Positions 11,618 through 29,630 of a stretch of 64,000 bases of DNA are shown in pieces. A model generated the notes under the pieces. The model did not search any database, was not told where the DNA came from, and was given only the letters and a program-made list of their open reading frames with translations. This DNA is from Azolla caroliniana (taxonomy: Eukaryota; Plantae; Polypodiophyta): NCBI GenBank assembly GCA_043228905.1, contig JBHGNT010000003.1:25358001-25422000 (forward strand), read 5' to 3'. Made by a program: the position numbers and the translations under genes. The number at the start of each line of letters is the position of its first letter. Positions within the stretch are counted from its first letter, which is position 1.

Positions 11618-14600
11618 ATGGGTATCGACAACCTTGGTCTACGAAGAGGGCGTGGAGATGACAACCGATCCATCAGAGGACCAGGTGGTATCAGAGGCCC
11701 TCCCCCAATGACCAAATTCAGACGTGGTCCTGGCCCCAGGTATGTAAAGCCTTCTGTAAATACAAATTTCTTTGATAGATTATTTTATGTTTGAGAAGGT
11801 TTTGCTTGCCGTTTGGATTAATTAATACAAGGCTTTGGATGGATTAATTAATTATTTTCGGTGTTGGGAAATTTCTTTATTATGTAATGGGTAAATGCAA
11901 TATCTTCGATGCATTGGATGTTTATTATTTACAGCTAAATGCAAGATCTTGTATAGATTTTGATTTACCACTAATTTTTCGTATTTTAGTTATCATAGGT
12001 AGATTGACAAGAAGCACTTGTAAATGTAGATCTTGGATAGATGGGATTTTTTGCATCCATGGAAATTATGTTCACTTACTGGTTGAATTGCAGCACTTTG
12101 GATAGATTCACAAGTTTGAGTGTTTAGGGTTTTCTTTTTCATATACCGGGTAAATGCAAGATCTTGAAGGGATTGGGAATTATTTTGTACTCACCAGGTA
12201 AATGTTAGATCTTGAATAGTAATACATTTTCGTTGTGCTTGTCTAGTAAATGCAGTAACTTGAACAATTTGATAAAAAGCGATTTGGATTTTTTTTCTCC
12301 ATCTGCCAAATAATATTGGATAAATGCAAGATCTTGGATAGATTGAAGTTTTTTAGCATTCAGGAATATATCGATTATTTCTTTGGTAAATGAAAGACCT
12401 GTTATAGATGGGCAACCAGTGTTGGAGAAAAACTTGTTCACTTGTCTGCCCAGTTTTCCTTTTTGTGTGAAAATGCAAGATATTGGATAAATTGACAGTA
12501 TTGGCAGAATGTGGTGATTATTGGATATTTACAAGACCTTTGATAGATTCACGATCATCAGTTGGGGAAATTTGGTTGCGTCTTGCATAAATGCAAGACC
12601 ATGGAAAGATTTCAACTAATGTTGGGGAAATCAGTTTTAGGGAAAAGCAATTAGGCTTCTTTATCTAGGCATTAACTTCCCTGAACACCCTGTCATTTCT
12701 TACTAGCTCTCATCACTCAATCTTAATTTATTTCCCATGTATCTCTAATCATCAATCTCTTTCTTATATCTCTCTCCTTTGGTTTTTCTTCCTTCTTCAT
12801 GCTTGAAGAGATCCTTCTCTTGCTGATTTCTACTTTTTATTTCTTGCTTTTTCCCATGTGGTGCTCCAAGTTTGGCACCTACTTATCCTTTCTACACTTT
12901 TAATTTTGGCTCTTTTTTTTCAAAAAGTCTCTGGGACAGGAGCCACATGTAAAGGCTAGGAACTTGTGGAAGTCGAATGCAGTTTGCCAAATGTCTACAC
13001 ATAATTATATTCCATGGCAGGACATCTCTTTATGTGAGGATGGTGAAAATCCAAGAGAGAAATTTGCATTAGAGAAAAAACAAAACATGCCCACGTGGTC
13101 CAAACATCATAAAAACTACTTCGGAGCATCTCTCACATAATAGCCTGCTTATGCTGAAAATAAGTATGCATGTTATAACTCTATTGCTCAATTTGGATGA
13201 ACATTTATATATTTCAATCAGATTTTGCTCCCTCCATAGGTAATTTATACCGTCAAGTTGGAAAAATCAATCCATGAACAAGGCCATGTTTTTCCAAACA
13301 TTGCAATGGCCATCAGGGCTTATAAAAAATGATAACTAATCTGTTGGGCTCCCTTCTCATAAATAAAATCTTGGATACAATTACAATCATTGTTGTAAAA
13401 GAAAATTTATTTACCAATTGGTTGGGTATATTTCAATGCATAAATGCAAGAGATTTTGTATAGTTTGATAATTGTAATGGTCATTCATCTCATACATCCA
13501 TGCAGACATGGAGTGATTCATATTTTGTATGCCATGGCAATCATTGCATATGAAGGGGGTTTATATATCTCTGCATCCCATGATAATAATATGCAATTAT
13601 TAATGATCAAATTTACGCGGCCACAATTTCAGGCTTCCTCCAGATGTGTGCAACAATTGTCGCCGCCCAGGGCACTATGCTCGGGATTGTACAAACGTAA
13701 CTTTATGCAACAACTGTGGGCTTCCGGGGTAATAATATCTATCATTAAATATTCTCAAAATGGATTACTCATTAATTTTTATTTGAGAAGTATTTTTTAT
13801 ATCTATGTTTATGTTTGTTTTTGCTATTTTTGTCATCCCAACCGCTATTTTCAAAATTTATTTAGTACTTCACAAACTTCAGGTCTGTTGGTACAAGAGG
13901 GAGAATTTTCCAGCCAACCTATTGATTAGGTAGGTGGTGGGTAAGGCCTTTCCAATATAGGCAGCACATTTGTTCATGGGGGATCCTTGTCCTTGAAGTG
14001 ATAGACATGTTCACACATTCAACAGATGAGACATCTATATTAGAGAGACATTGGCCACACTCTAGCTTGTCACAGAGTATCCTCCCTGCAGTGCCAAAAG
14101 ATTGGGGTCTTGACTGATAGACATGTGCACACATTCAACAGATGAGACATCTATATTAGAGAGACATTAGCCACACTCTAGCTTGTCACAGTGTATTCAA
14201 AACATAGGCTGTCTGCTGTTAAAATTTTATTGTTCCAAAAGGTCTGTGTGATATTTATGTTTAAGTTTCTTTTTGTGATGTTGCTGTATGATTAGTTCTT
14301 TCCAAATTCAATTTCGTTTTCCTTATTTGTAGCCATGTCACAACATCCTGCACGAATGAGCGGGCATGCTGGAATTGCAAGGAGACTGGGCACAATGCAA
14401 GCACATGTTCAAATCAAGGAGTCTGTAGGCTATGTAGCAAACCGGGACACATGGCCAAAGACTGTGAAACCAAAGATCGCATCGACACCCGCCTCTGTAA
14501 GAATTGCCACCGACCTGGCCATCTTGGCGCTGAATGTAAATATGAGAAAGCATGCAATAATTGCCGGAAACCTGGACACTTGGCCCGAGAATGTAGGAAC

Positions 14601-14861
14601 ACTCCGGTGTGCAATATATGCAATCAAAAGGGTCATATTGCAAGAGAATGTGGACCTCCACGACCATCTATCCGATCTTTGGCTCCTCAGCCCTACAGTA
14701 TGGACCTTCCTCCGTTTTCTAGGAATTGTGATCAATTGGGTCCTCTCAGTAGAGAGTGTATGGTGGCGGCAATTTGTGAGACCTGTGGTGGACGTGGTCA
14801 CATGGCTATAGAATGCCCTTCTGATCCTTTGGTCTTCCGGGGCATGAGGTATCGCCATTAA
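11618..14861 (+). CDS. CNBP/GIS2-like multi zinc-knuckle (CCHC) nucleic-acid-binding protein; coding exons 11618-11739, 13633-13728, 14333-14861; probable 5'UTR exon ending ~11093
   Basis: R/G/P-rich N-terminus MGIDNLGLRRGRGDD..., then 8 intact C-X2-C-X4-H-X4-C knuckles (CNNCRRPGHYARDC ... CETCGGRGHMAIEC) and one degenerate knuckle. GT-AG junctions keep the frame. Confidence 0.9.
11890..12620. repeat. Degenerate intronic minisatellite, ~12 copies of a TAAATGCAAGATCTTGGATAGATT-like motif
   Basis: Copies at about 11891, 11936, 12020, 12150, 12198, 12246, 12321, 12387, 12471, 12528 and 12588. Confidence 0.7.
14000..14191. repeat. ~75-bp direct duplication in the CCHC gene intron
   Basis: gatagacatg..cacacattcaacagatgagacatctatattagagagacatt.gccacactctagcttgtcacag at ~14000 and ~14116. 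Confidence 0.85.
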
Positions 14862-15694
14862 CAATGCTTGAGAAGTAGTGACATTAAGGCGGATGTGGTC
14901 TGTCGGAGGATTCTAGTTTTATAAATATAGCTTAAGAGATGGATGGTTTTGAACCAGAGAAGATCATTGCATATCTGCAGAGCAAAAGACAAGGTGGATA
15001 TGTGAAGAATCAGCTGCTGAATTAGTATTACTCTTTCAATGGAAGAAAATGACCGAGTAGCTTTTTGTTTTAACTTTGCCTTGGTGGATTTAAAACTCAT
15101 GGATGGGATGATAAGTATAAGTAAGAGCAGGATGGAAGTGACTAGACCGGTGTTTTTATTCTTTTATGGAAGAAAAGACTTGAGTAGCTTGTTTTGGTGT
15201 ATGGTTTATGGTGGAATGATTGACTGAATACTTTTCCTTCTATTGTTTGGAGTGTTATGGTGATAGATATTTGGAGTAAAGCTTCGATGGGAAGGAACCT
15301 TCTATATACTAAGAAGTATGTTTTGTGGTGGAAAGAAGGAATGCGTTTTCTTCTCTTGTTTGGAGTATGTTTTATGATGATAGATAGTGAAGTAAGCTTT
15401 GATGAGAAGGAACTGTCAATATACTAAGAATGTTTTTCCTTCAATTGTTTGGAGTGAAGATGTTTTAGAGTGGGTTGGATAACTTGGTGGGTGGTAATTG
15501 ATAGTGTTTTTGAAAAATCTTTGCCTTTTACCCATAGCTTGGAGTATATTTTGGGTGGAATATGTTTCAGTTGGATAAGAGGTTCTCATGATTTAGGATG
15601 GATTTTTCATGTTGGAGGGTTGTGTCATGAGAAGGAAAAAAACCTCAGATGTTACAGGAACTCTAGGGATGCATATATATATGCATTTTTATAA

Positions 15695-16790
15695 GCACAT
15701 ATGGAAGGGCTTCTGGAATCACTGAAGGTGATGTGAACCTTCTATGAAGTTATCATGTAGACATTGTTTCGGCAAGAACACAAGACGTATAGCCCTCATT
15801 AAAGGAATATCAGGTAAGTTCATTGTATATCTATTGTTTGTCTTGACTCATAGCTCTATGTTGATTTTATTTGGTTAGCTCTCTTTGTTTTCGAAGGGAT
15901 TGTGAAAGCTATAACTTATAGAGATCTATAAGGCTTGACCGACTTTCTGAAGAGTTTATACATCCTGCCTTTTGAACATAAGCCTTCTTTTTAAGCCAAG
16001 AATATCAAAGGCTTACCTTACGACTGGATGGATGATGATGGCATGTCATCATTACATGCTATAATATCCTGTGTTGGAGCCTGCCTTCTTAAAGAAGCAA
16101 CGAAATCTTCTTGGAACTCACAGTTGCTCCATTGTTCAGAGAGAAGCTCATCTTAGTTCAATAAACAGTAAGTTCCTTGTATTGCTATTCTTAGGCTGAA
16201 GTAAATAGTTACTAGTAGATTTTAGCTACTGCTGGGTTTTGGAAGCTACACACTTTCATTTGGTTACAACTTCCAACACGGTCAAATCTATATCAAAAGG
16301 GCCACCTTTTGGAGATTTATGGAAAGGTATTTAAAGCTGAAATCTAATTGAATGGGAATTATCTTTATATACACCTAGGGAGCACACACTCTCTCTCTTG
16401 TAGCATTTAGTTTAGTTTTGCTTTTTCCTTCATGTTGGATCTTTTGGATTCCTGATTGATGAATTTGACTACGATATGCATCAAGCTTTAGTATATAGCA
16501 TTACCTTAAATGCATCCTACAATGGTGTCATGCTTTTAGTGCTCCTACAGGGAGTTTTGCGTGATGTGAAGTTGGTATTTAAGGTATCAACTATGATATT
16601 TGTTTGATGTGGATGCTTCATCATAAACAAGGATTTCTGTTGAATTTCTGGCCAATATAGGATCTTGTGTGATTTTAATGGCTTGATGAACAAAGGAAAT
16701 GTTGATGGTGTAAGTAGATATATGTATTTGGTTTTTGTATCATTTGCAGGATCTCTCATGACAAATTCTTGTTCATGTTGAAAGGTCATG
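15695..16790 (+). pseudogene. Probable decayed multi-exon protein-coding gene of unrecognised family
   Basis: Exon-like blocks bounded by splice-like sites (CAG|GTAAGT at 15813, CA|GTAAGT ~16167, AAG|GTATT ~16326, TACAG|..AAG|GTATC 16551-16583, TTGCAG| 16749). They read as protein-like text with scattered stops, e.g. YGRASGITEGDVNLL*SYHVDIVSARTQDV*PSLKEYQ and GLPYDWMDDDGMSSLHAIISCVG. Confidence 0.35.
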
Positions 16791-18095
16791 TGGGATTTTG
16801 GACTTGGTCACAAGTATTAATTTGTTATTCTAATTGTGAGGAAGGGTTTCTCTTAAATATACTTACGTCCATATAGGAGCATGGCAAGGTTGATGCAAAT
16901 GGGGATTAACTAAAAGAAGGTTTAAAATATGGGGTATTTGACCTATGGCTGCCAAACTGCACTCACGAGTTTGTAATGATCGGAAGCCTTGTTTCTTAAT
17001 ACTTCGTTGTTAATCATTGGTTGTAATTTTCATTAATATTGGAAAACGCCACTCTTAGGTTGTACCATAGTTAATTGCCATTCACATTTTTACACTTTTA
17101 TGAATGAGCAGTGTCTCCCTTGTATCCATTAAGTGTGAGCTGTGATTTTGTGAAGTTGGAAGGTTAACCTTGTCGAGGTTAAATTAACCTACAAGTGGAC
17201 ATGATTAAAAAGAAAAACGCATACATTCATAGGATTTTGCTTTTAATTTGGAAACCTTTCACCATGAATATGTTATGGTTATGTTTTAGCATGTGCTAGG
17301 TTTGGAAAACTTTTACCATTAAAGAAAACATTTACTCTTGTTCTTTTGAAAACAATGTTCCCCATTTCATGCCTCTGAGAAAATTCAGTATTTTGCAAAC
17401 GGAAATTGTGAAGTATTGATTCCATGGAAGAATATTATAAAAGGATCCCAAGTGGTGAACCTTCTCTTGGAGTTTGCAATTCTATGACATGTTTTCTATG
17501 ATATTTGGTGATAGCTGGTTTCTTCATATTTGAAGTGCATGCATTCATATGGCGAGCTTGCGTCAAATCCTTAAATACCTTACGTGCTTGTAGTAATAAA
17601 ATTGAATTTTGGTTGTGACAATGGCTATTACACTATGGTGGGGGATGGGTTACTAACTAACTAGCATTGCAATATCATTTGATTATTTTTGGTTTTGTGT
17701 GCGTGTTATGAGACTAATTGGAATGAAGATATGGTGTTACTTATATGATGGAAGAGGGGGGATGGAAATCATGCATGTGTCCAAAATTTGGAGGTGACAT
17801 GAAATTATGAAGTTTGATAGTATGTGGAGACTTTTTGTTAAAATGGATGTAGGATGATGGCGTGGCAACATGTTATATTTTATACATTGATAATGAGGTC
17901 TAACAAAAGCAACATATATGGAGGGCTTGGGTCAAGCATATGTGAAGGAGAGAGGAAGAGAGAGAGAGATCTCTTTGTGACTTTCCTACCAGTATTTGTG
18001 GTCCTTAAAAATGCATGAAAGCAACATTGTCAATGTAGACCTTATCCATGTGAGGATAATTGGGTAAACATTGGCATGTGGGTATGCAATGTAGT

Positions 18096-18260
18096 CTTAA
18101 ATCGCCATGCACAAACATGACACATATCTACAAGGAGATAGGAGATCAGAGACTTAATCGCGATGTACAAACATGGCACATATCTACAAGGAGATCGGAG
18201 ATCATAGACTTAATCGCCATGTACAAACATGACACATCTACGAGGAGATCGGAGATCATC
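18096..18260. repeat. ~58-bp tandem repeat, 3 copies
   Basis: Unit cttaatcgccatgtacaaacatgacacatatctacaaggagatcggagatcataga. Confidence 0.85.
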
Positions 18261-18933
18261 GGTCTGATTCAAGGAACATTGATTGGGGATGCGTATATTG
18301 GTATTGATCGATGTCCCCCCGCACTCCTCTACGTGATACATCCCGTCATGGTTTGTATCTCCAGTTGGAGAATCTGAGTGACATGTAGGTTTCAGTGGCA
18401 TATATGTATTGATTGTGGGCAATTCTTCGATTGGGGTTTCATAAACTTGTGCAAGAAACTTTCTGTCACAATCCATGCCAATTGTACCTAAAGGATGTGA
18501 GGCATTGCATTATAATAGTACACTAGGATCAGTAGTGTGTTGCCTCGGCAATGATATGATATGCATTCGGGCAGATCGATCCACAAAGGCCAAGTCTAGC
18601 CTATCGCTTCGTCCTTCCATTGATTTCATTCTCACTTCGCAAGTGATAAAAAGATATGGGGGTATCGCCATTCATTCGAATGTAGAATGGCTCGATTTGC
18701 TACATTATTATAGTAAAATGTATTCGTAATCGTGATCGGGTTTTTGTGATTTTCAGCATCTCTCTTGGATGGTACCAAGGGATGGGTCATCCATGAAGTA
18801 CGAGGTATCTTTTGATTTGTGGGGCCCATGAATTATTCATAGTGGACATTTTGCTGAATATAGAAAGTCATGTGCTCATCGATGAGCTGTTACATTTAGC
18901 AACTAGCAGTGAATATCTCATCAACAAATTCCA

Positions 18934-18940
18934 TATATAA
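18934..18940 (+). promoter_or_regulatory. Candidate TATA box of GAPDH
   Basis: TATATAA about 105 nt upstream of the inferred ATG at 19044. Position is the only support. Confidence 0.3.
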
Positions 18941-19043
18941 TTTTTACGTCTCCATTTAAACATTGAACACATAATATTGTTACATCTCCTAATTTCGTTC
19001 AGTTCAAGCTTCCATTAATTTTAAGATATTTTTATTCCATTTG

Positions 19044-23670
<4,627 letters not shown>

Positions 23671-23929
23671 ATTTCATCAAGGGCTTCCCAACAATAATAG
23701 GGATACATGTGAATAAGACGTAATAGTGGAAAGGCGATGGTATGGTTGTATGTGAAGGATCGAACCAAAGAAAAATGAGGGTGTAATTGTCATTGGGGTT
23801 ATTTCTAACCTATGACAGAGTTCAAATAATAACTCTTTGGGTGTATAGTCATTGAGGGTCAACTATTGACTTTTGAGTTTTTGTCTACAAAAACCAAATA
23901 AAGAGACTGAATTGGTAATTGGTAAGTGT

Positions 23930-24640
23930 AATGTGAAGTTTGTTTTGAGATATTGTTGCAATGTTGTGGATGTGTTAAGAATGATCATTCTTGAGATATT
24001 GTGGCACTCATGCGGAGATAGGATTGTGAAGTTTAGATATTGTTGCAATGTTGTGGATGTGTTAGAATGATCATTCTTGAGATATTGTGGTACTCATGTG
24101 AAGATAGGATAGTTCTTGAATGCAGAAATTTTAGATTACATTAGATGTTATTATGCAAAATTTTAAGAGTTCTTAGAACATTCTTTGGAATTTAGAAGTG
24201 ATTGTCCCCATATTGTTGAACAACAATTTTTAGAACAATGTTTTTATCGAACAAGGTTGACCAATTAGTCTATGAAGTGATTTTGGGATTTTCAATTGTG
24301 CGAACAATTTTTAACAATGTTTTCATCGAACAAGGTTGACCAATTGGTTTGTGAAGTGATTCTGGAATTTTCAATTGTGCTAAATGCTCTCCAGTTGTGA
24401 TTCGGCAACTTTCCACAACGTAGATTCGTTAGCTTTTTAGGTTGTGTTGGATAATATTTACTTGTGATTAGGCGTAAATCTTCATATACAGTGAAGATCA
24501 AATGGGAATTTTCAATTGTGCTAAATACTCTCCAGTTGTGATTCGGCAACTTTCCACAACATAGATACGTACTTAGGTTGTCGAACAATATTTACTTTGG
24601 GATTAGGCGTAAATCTTCCTTCCTATACAGTGGAGATCAA
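23930..24640. repeat. Cluster of tandem duplications downstream of GAPC (~93 bp x2, ~80 bp x2, ~140 bp x2)
   Basis: agatattgttgcaatgttgtggatgtgtta.gaatgatcattcttgagatattgtgg (x2); aacaatttt..aacaatgttt..atcgaacaaggttgaccaatt (x2); ggaattttcaattgtgctaaat.ctctccagttgtgattcggcaactttccacaac (x2). Confidence 0.85.
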
Positions 24641-25870
24641 GAATTGTAAATGCAAATGGTGGTGTAACATAATATATCTTAGGCATAAGTTATAACTATT
24701 AGGTATCGGTTTCAAAGTGGCTCTTTTTTTGCAACATTATTTAAAATCAATTTTGTTGTTTCAATTTCCCCAGGGTTGAATGGGACCGACAATTATTGAG
24801 GTTAGATATTATGTGGTTTAACGTAATAGTTTAAATATTAAACAATGATATATTTTGTGTTGATGACTGTGCGCTATTTTCATTGTAAGAAACTCAAATC
24901 TTCTCCAAACTCGAACTAGCATTATACAGTTTTGTGTTGATAGTTTGGCTATGTGCTAACATAACAATAGCAATATTTGGTCAAATATCTCTACCGCAAT
25001 ATGATCGTTGACCTATGCTCAAATATCTCTTCTTCTTAGGCTATGTAGAGGGCTAAACAAATAATAGTAACTCATAATTGATACACAACCAAACTGTTTG
25101 TACGTTACTTGCCCAATGGCCAACATTGGCAGTGGGATAGGATTTTGTAAACAAACCTACAAGTATTTGTACGAAGGGATTGAGAATTGGATTAACATCT
25201 CAATAATGTAACTATAGAGATGGCAACATGGGGGTGTGGAAAATGGTTTTTGCAAGAGGTTGATAACACAAAGAAAATTTGATGTGTTCTTTATTGTGCC
25301 ACATGATATCCATTTTGGCGGCCATACTACCTTTTTTTTTAATTGCTTCCATGTCAAGAGCATGTGCATGTCGAATTTTCTAGGTCTTTGTATATATGAA
25401 TGCGCATGGCTGCATCTTTGTTATAGAGGTTTTCAAATTGATAAATCTACTCTTTCTTATGATTCCCCGTATTTTGCCATAAATCTATAAATATATTTTG
25501 TTAGGGAAGAGACAAGGTTGAATCTTTCATCATATAAGTGAAAGGTGATAAGATGATACAATTGAATCCATCAGTATAAGTTGGTCCCAATCAGTACACA
25601 GGGTTTCAATACGCACCTTAAATAAATATTGATCAAAGAATCGATACCGAATCACATTTGAATTTGGAGAAAGACTTCTCACAAAAAATAGAGAAAATAT
25701 ATTACTTTCGAAATTTTCAGAAAATGGAAAATATTTACAATAGATCCATAATTTACATCTTACCTTCTGGGAGAGGATTATATTAACTTTTTATAGAGTC
25801 CTACAATAATGGCACCAGAGCCTTGTTTTTGTTACATAGAAATCTTTCATTCATTCAATTCAATTAATAA

Positions 25871-28800
25871 TCAAAGGAGGAGCTTAATAGCTAGTTTGCC
25901 AGAGAATGCGAGTCCTTTCACAAAAGCCTTCATAATAAATGGATTCTTGTATAATCTGAAATGTCAAGAGTTAGAGATAAGATAAATATACAAAATGAAA
26001 CAATCCCAAAGAGATAAAATAATAATAAGCATGAGAATTCATCACTGGTTAACACTAAATAAATGCATACAATACCCAACTTGTCGAAACTTTGTGTAAA
26101 GTAAAAAACTATGGATATAATTTATGATTTGCATCAGGCCATCCAGTATATGATTATGGGAAGATTTGATTCAATAGTTTTAGTGTTATAACATGAACAA
26201 TTATAATTAGCAATCATTTGCAAGTCATAACCACACATTCACACTATTCTACAAAACAAACCTTAAGAATTCAATCATTTCTTCACTTTGTGTATGATAT
26301 CAGATTTGAGAGTTAATGAACAGAATCATTACCCAACAAGTGCCGTTGTCCATGTTGCGCTCGTGTAAACGAACCTTCCAATGCTCCATAACCTCTGAAT
26401 CTTCCCATTTCTTTCCAACTTTGTGAAAGATTTTGAAATCACTGCATAAAAAAACCCATCATTATACTTTAAATGCTAAGACTATAACCATTTAAACTTA
26501 TCTGGACCCAATGAAAATTACACAAAAAAGGCCAGGTATAATTGTTACCTTGTTGTATCTCACATGGGGTCATTTTCTGCAAATATGGAAAAAGGAAGTA
26601 TATATATCAGCAATGCTAGAGTCTAAAAATCAAGAAATATGCACTACTGACAGGCGAAAACCAAGATCTAGGTATTAAGCTACAGCTGCCCAAATCACTC
26701 ATTAGGGTCGGGTGTTTAATTCCCCCATTCACCACAAATGACCCATTAAGAGAAACAAACCAAGAACTAAATATAGAAAATGAAGTGCATATAAATAAGG
26801 TATATATATATACTTATGTTAGAATTTTAAAGACTCCTATGTGCGTATAAATAAGCTTATATGCTAAAGTTAGCTTCTTTAAGAATCTTAAAAAGGTATG
26901 GAAAATATATAGAAGCAAATCCTCACCTGTGCACGTGGATTGGCAAGTATAAGTTTTGCAACAAACACTGCTACACCTTCTACTACATCATCCTGGCTTA
27001 GAAGCACATAATCATCATCATCATCATTCACGAGATTGTTTCTCTTTTTTTCTTTGTCCTTCAATAAATCATCTGGGACCAATAACCACGAATTCGGATC
27101 TTCAGAGTCATCATTCTCTTTAGCAAATAGACCTCCTGCAAGATATGATTAAAAAGGTATAGCTCCAAAATAAGCGAAGTAATCGGAGAGAACTCAAGTT
27201 TCAGGGTAAGCTTTCACGTTCATGCTTAATCCCCTCCCCGCAAACCCCCCGCCCTCCAAAAAAAACAAGGCTTCAACTGAGACCATAATGAAAGAGAATT
27301 ATATTTCAACTGACCTTTCCTTGATAGGATCACTGATCCATCAATATCGTGTCGATGAAGCTCTTTCAGCTTTTCGACATAATCAGGTGAGTCCACCTTA
27401 TCCTTGAGTTGCTTGTAAAGCTGCAAATCATTATATATGTGTTGTTAGATGTGGAATACAATGCTGTAGGGAATTAGGTCCTCACATCTATTACTCAAAG
27501 GCGATGCCGAATGGGATTCAAACCCATCCATGTCCAAATGAAAGACCAAAATTTCCTACCTAATCACTAGGGCATTCCGGTCATTGTGTGAACATAAATC
27601 CTTTTTTGTGATTGAGAAAGTTCGGCTCTTTGTGAAAGGATAACCAGAAAAACTTCTTCGTGTCATCGATAAAGGCACAAGGTTTTGATAGAACATCTTA
27701 CTCTCAGGAATCTTGGCTTCCACTGCTCTTTTGCAGTAAATCAACCGTTTCCATGACAGCACCATGCACCATGCGCCCTTTCTAAAGCATTTTCTTCCAT
27801 GCCTTGTGATAAACCATATCAAACCATGCCTTGTTGGCTCTAATGGTAGGAAACCTTATAATGCTGCCGTGGCAGTATGGCAATTGGTCACAAAACAAGT
27901 CCTGGTATCTTGCGCCACAATTCATAGTTACAATATTGATGTGACGGCACCATTAGTTACAAAAAAGACAAGGGATGATAGTTAAGGTTTCTGCAGCACC
28001 ATGCTGGATCAACAGACTCAAATGTGGACACATCTCAAATAATCCGCCAAGTAGGGTTTCACCCCTGTGCGCAACCAATCATAGTTTTATCTTATTTCAC
28101 CCAAACCACTTTTTTTCTGCCTCATGTGAGAGCATCTCTATTATTGCCTCTTAATATACAACCAAAGGTATCTATCTGCCTATGGTGAACCAGACCTTAA
28201 CTGTCGATTCATTGTTACTTTCTCTAATGACAAATAGAGGAATAGTTTTATCTTATTTCACCCAAACCACTTTCTTTCGGCCTCATGTGAGAGCATCTCT
28301 ATTATTGTCTCTTAATTTACAACCAAAGGTATCTATCTGCCTTTGGTGAACCAGACCTTAACTGTCGATTCATTGCTACTTTCACTAACAAATAGAGGAA
28401 GTCAATTGGGGTTTACCCAATGGTTCATAAGGTGTAGAAGTATGCATTGGAAAAGTATCTGCTTTGGTGAGCCAGGCCATAAGTGTGAAATTATGGTTAC
28501 TTTCACAAACAAATAGAAGACGACAATTGGGGTTTACACAATGGTTTGTAGGGTATGCTGCTGACATGGAAATAAATAATTAGTTGCAGAAAAATGGGAT
28601 TTCAATTTGTACCCAACCAATCATATAAAAGCTGCCAGTCATGACTCATATGTAAACATGGCCTTGGTTTTTTCTATCACTTTCAGACAAAGAGGGGTAT
28701 GTTCTGTCAAATGGACCTTATTTATTAAGGGCTAGTTCACAGGAAAAACAAGACATGGAGCATCCATATGATGAAAACCTTAATCCGTGCACCATAAAAC

Positions 28801-29630
28801 ATCAAACCGATGAAACCCCTCATGGAATTTTGCAGGCATCAAAGCATATATCACGAGAAAGGACCCTGCCTATCTAGGACTAAGTTGGAAGAAGATACAA
28901 TGCATAAGACATTCACATGATGGAAACCCTAATCCAAAGTATATGAATGATGAAAAACCTAATATTTAGGCATAAAGGTATGTCTTAGGATAAATTTTCA
29001 GAAAGTATAAAGGACAAGAAACATTCAAGTGATGAAAACACTATTCCAAATTTGTAAAAATGAAGGAATGATCCATCTGAATGATGAAAACCTTAATCCA
29101 ATCTTCAGGCATATTTAGGGCTAAATCTGCAGAAATATATGTGACATAAAAATATCCAAATTGTCGAAACCCTAAGCCAAATTTGCATGGATAAAAGGCA
29201 TATTAACATCAATCAGACAAGTTGAAACATCCAAATGATAGGACACCGTAATTCAAAATTTCCAAGAATCAAAGGCATATATAAAAAAAATAGAAAGTGA
29301 AGGAGATCAAGTATGCATATACGCAGCACTTACATCAGCGGGGCAATCAGAAGGAATCGTGGCCAATTTTGCTTCTCGGATAGATCTTCGGCATTCTGTC
29401 AGAGCAGCATCGAGACGGCGATTCTCGCATCTCTCTTCCGCAAGAAGCTTCTCGAGCATCAAGCAAGCTTCCATGGCGGCGACATCACGTGAAGAAGAAG
29501 AAGAAGAGTCGGAAGAAGGAGGAGAAGGATTGGAATGCTTTTTGTGCTTTTCAATGGCAGTCCAGGCGATATCAGCCACTTCAATGGCTGCCTCGACCAC
29601 TTGAAGAGGATGAGAGTGAGATAAGGTCAT
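25871..29630 (-). CDS. Conserved plant hypothetical protein (coiled coil plus hydrophobic C-terminus); exons 29630-29334, 27420-27315, 27135-26927, 26576-26549, 26441-26333, 25955-25871
   Basis: Six GT-AG exons join in frame: MTLSHSHPLQVVEAAIEVADIAWTAIE...DCPAD|LYKQLKDKVDSPDYVEKL...DDYVLLSQDDVVEGVAVFVAKLILANPRAQ|KMTPCEIQQ|VISKSF...WTTALVG|LYKNPFIMKAF...KLLL*. It resembles an uncharacterised land-plant family (from recall, not searched). Confidence 0.85.
28080..28385. repeat. ~162-bp tandem duplication in intron
   Basis: atagttttatcttatttcacccaaaccact...actgtcgattcattg at 28081 and 28242. Confidence 0.9.
28765..29260. repeat. Degenerate intronic minisatellite with telo-box-like core (GATGAAAACCCTAATCC), ~8 copies
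   Basis: Copies at about 28770, 28809, 28919, 28949, 29031, 29084, 29165 and 29237. Confidence 0.6.

Noticed and set aside
14335-14864. Several overlapping 100-160 aa ORFs on both strands
   Set aside because: Alternative frames or antisense of the zinc-knuckle exon.
18096-18260. Regularly spaced repeats as a possible CRISPR array (also 7918-8050 and 54000-54930)
   Set aside because: Whole units repeat with no unique spacers, the context is eukaryotic and there are no cas genes.
27500-27575. tRNA/SINE-like sequence on the minus strand (GGGTTTGAATCCC)
   Set aside because: B-box only; the stems do not pair.
28765-29100. Repeated ATGATGA as C-box snoRNA cluster
   Set aside because: Antisense to the host intron, no paired D boxes or terminal stems, and better explained as a minisatellite.
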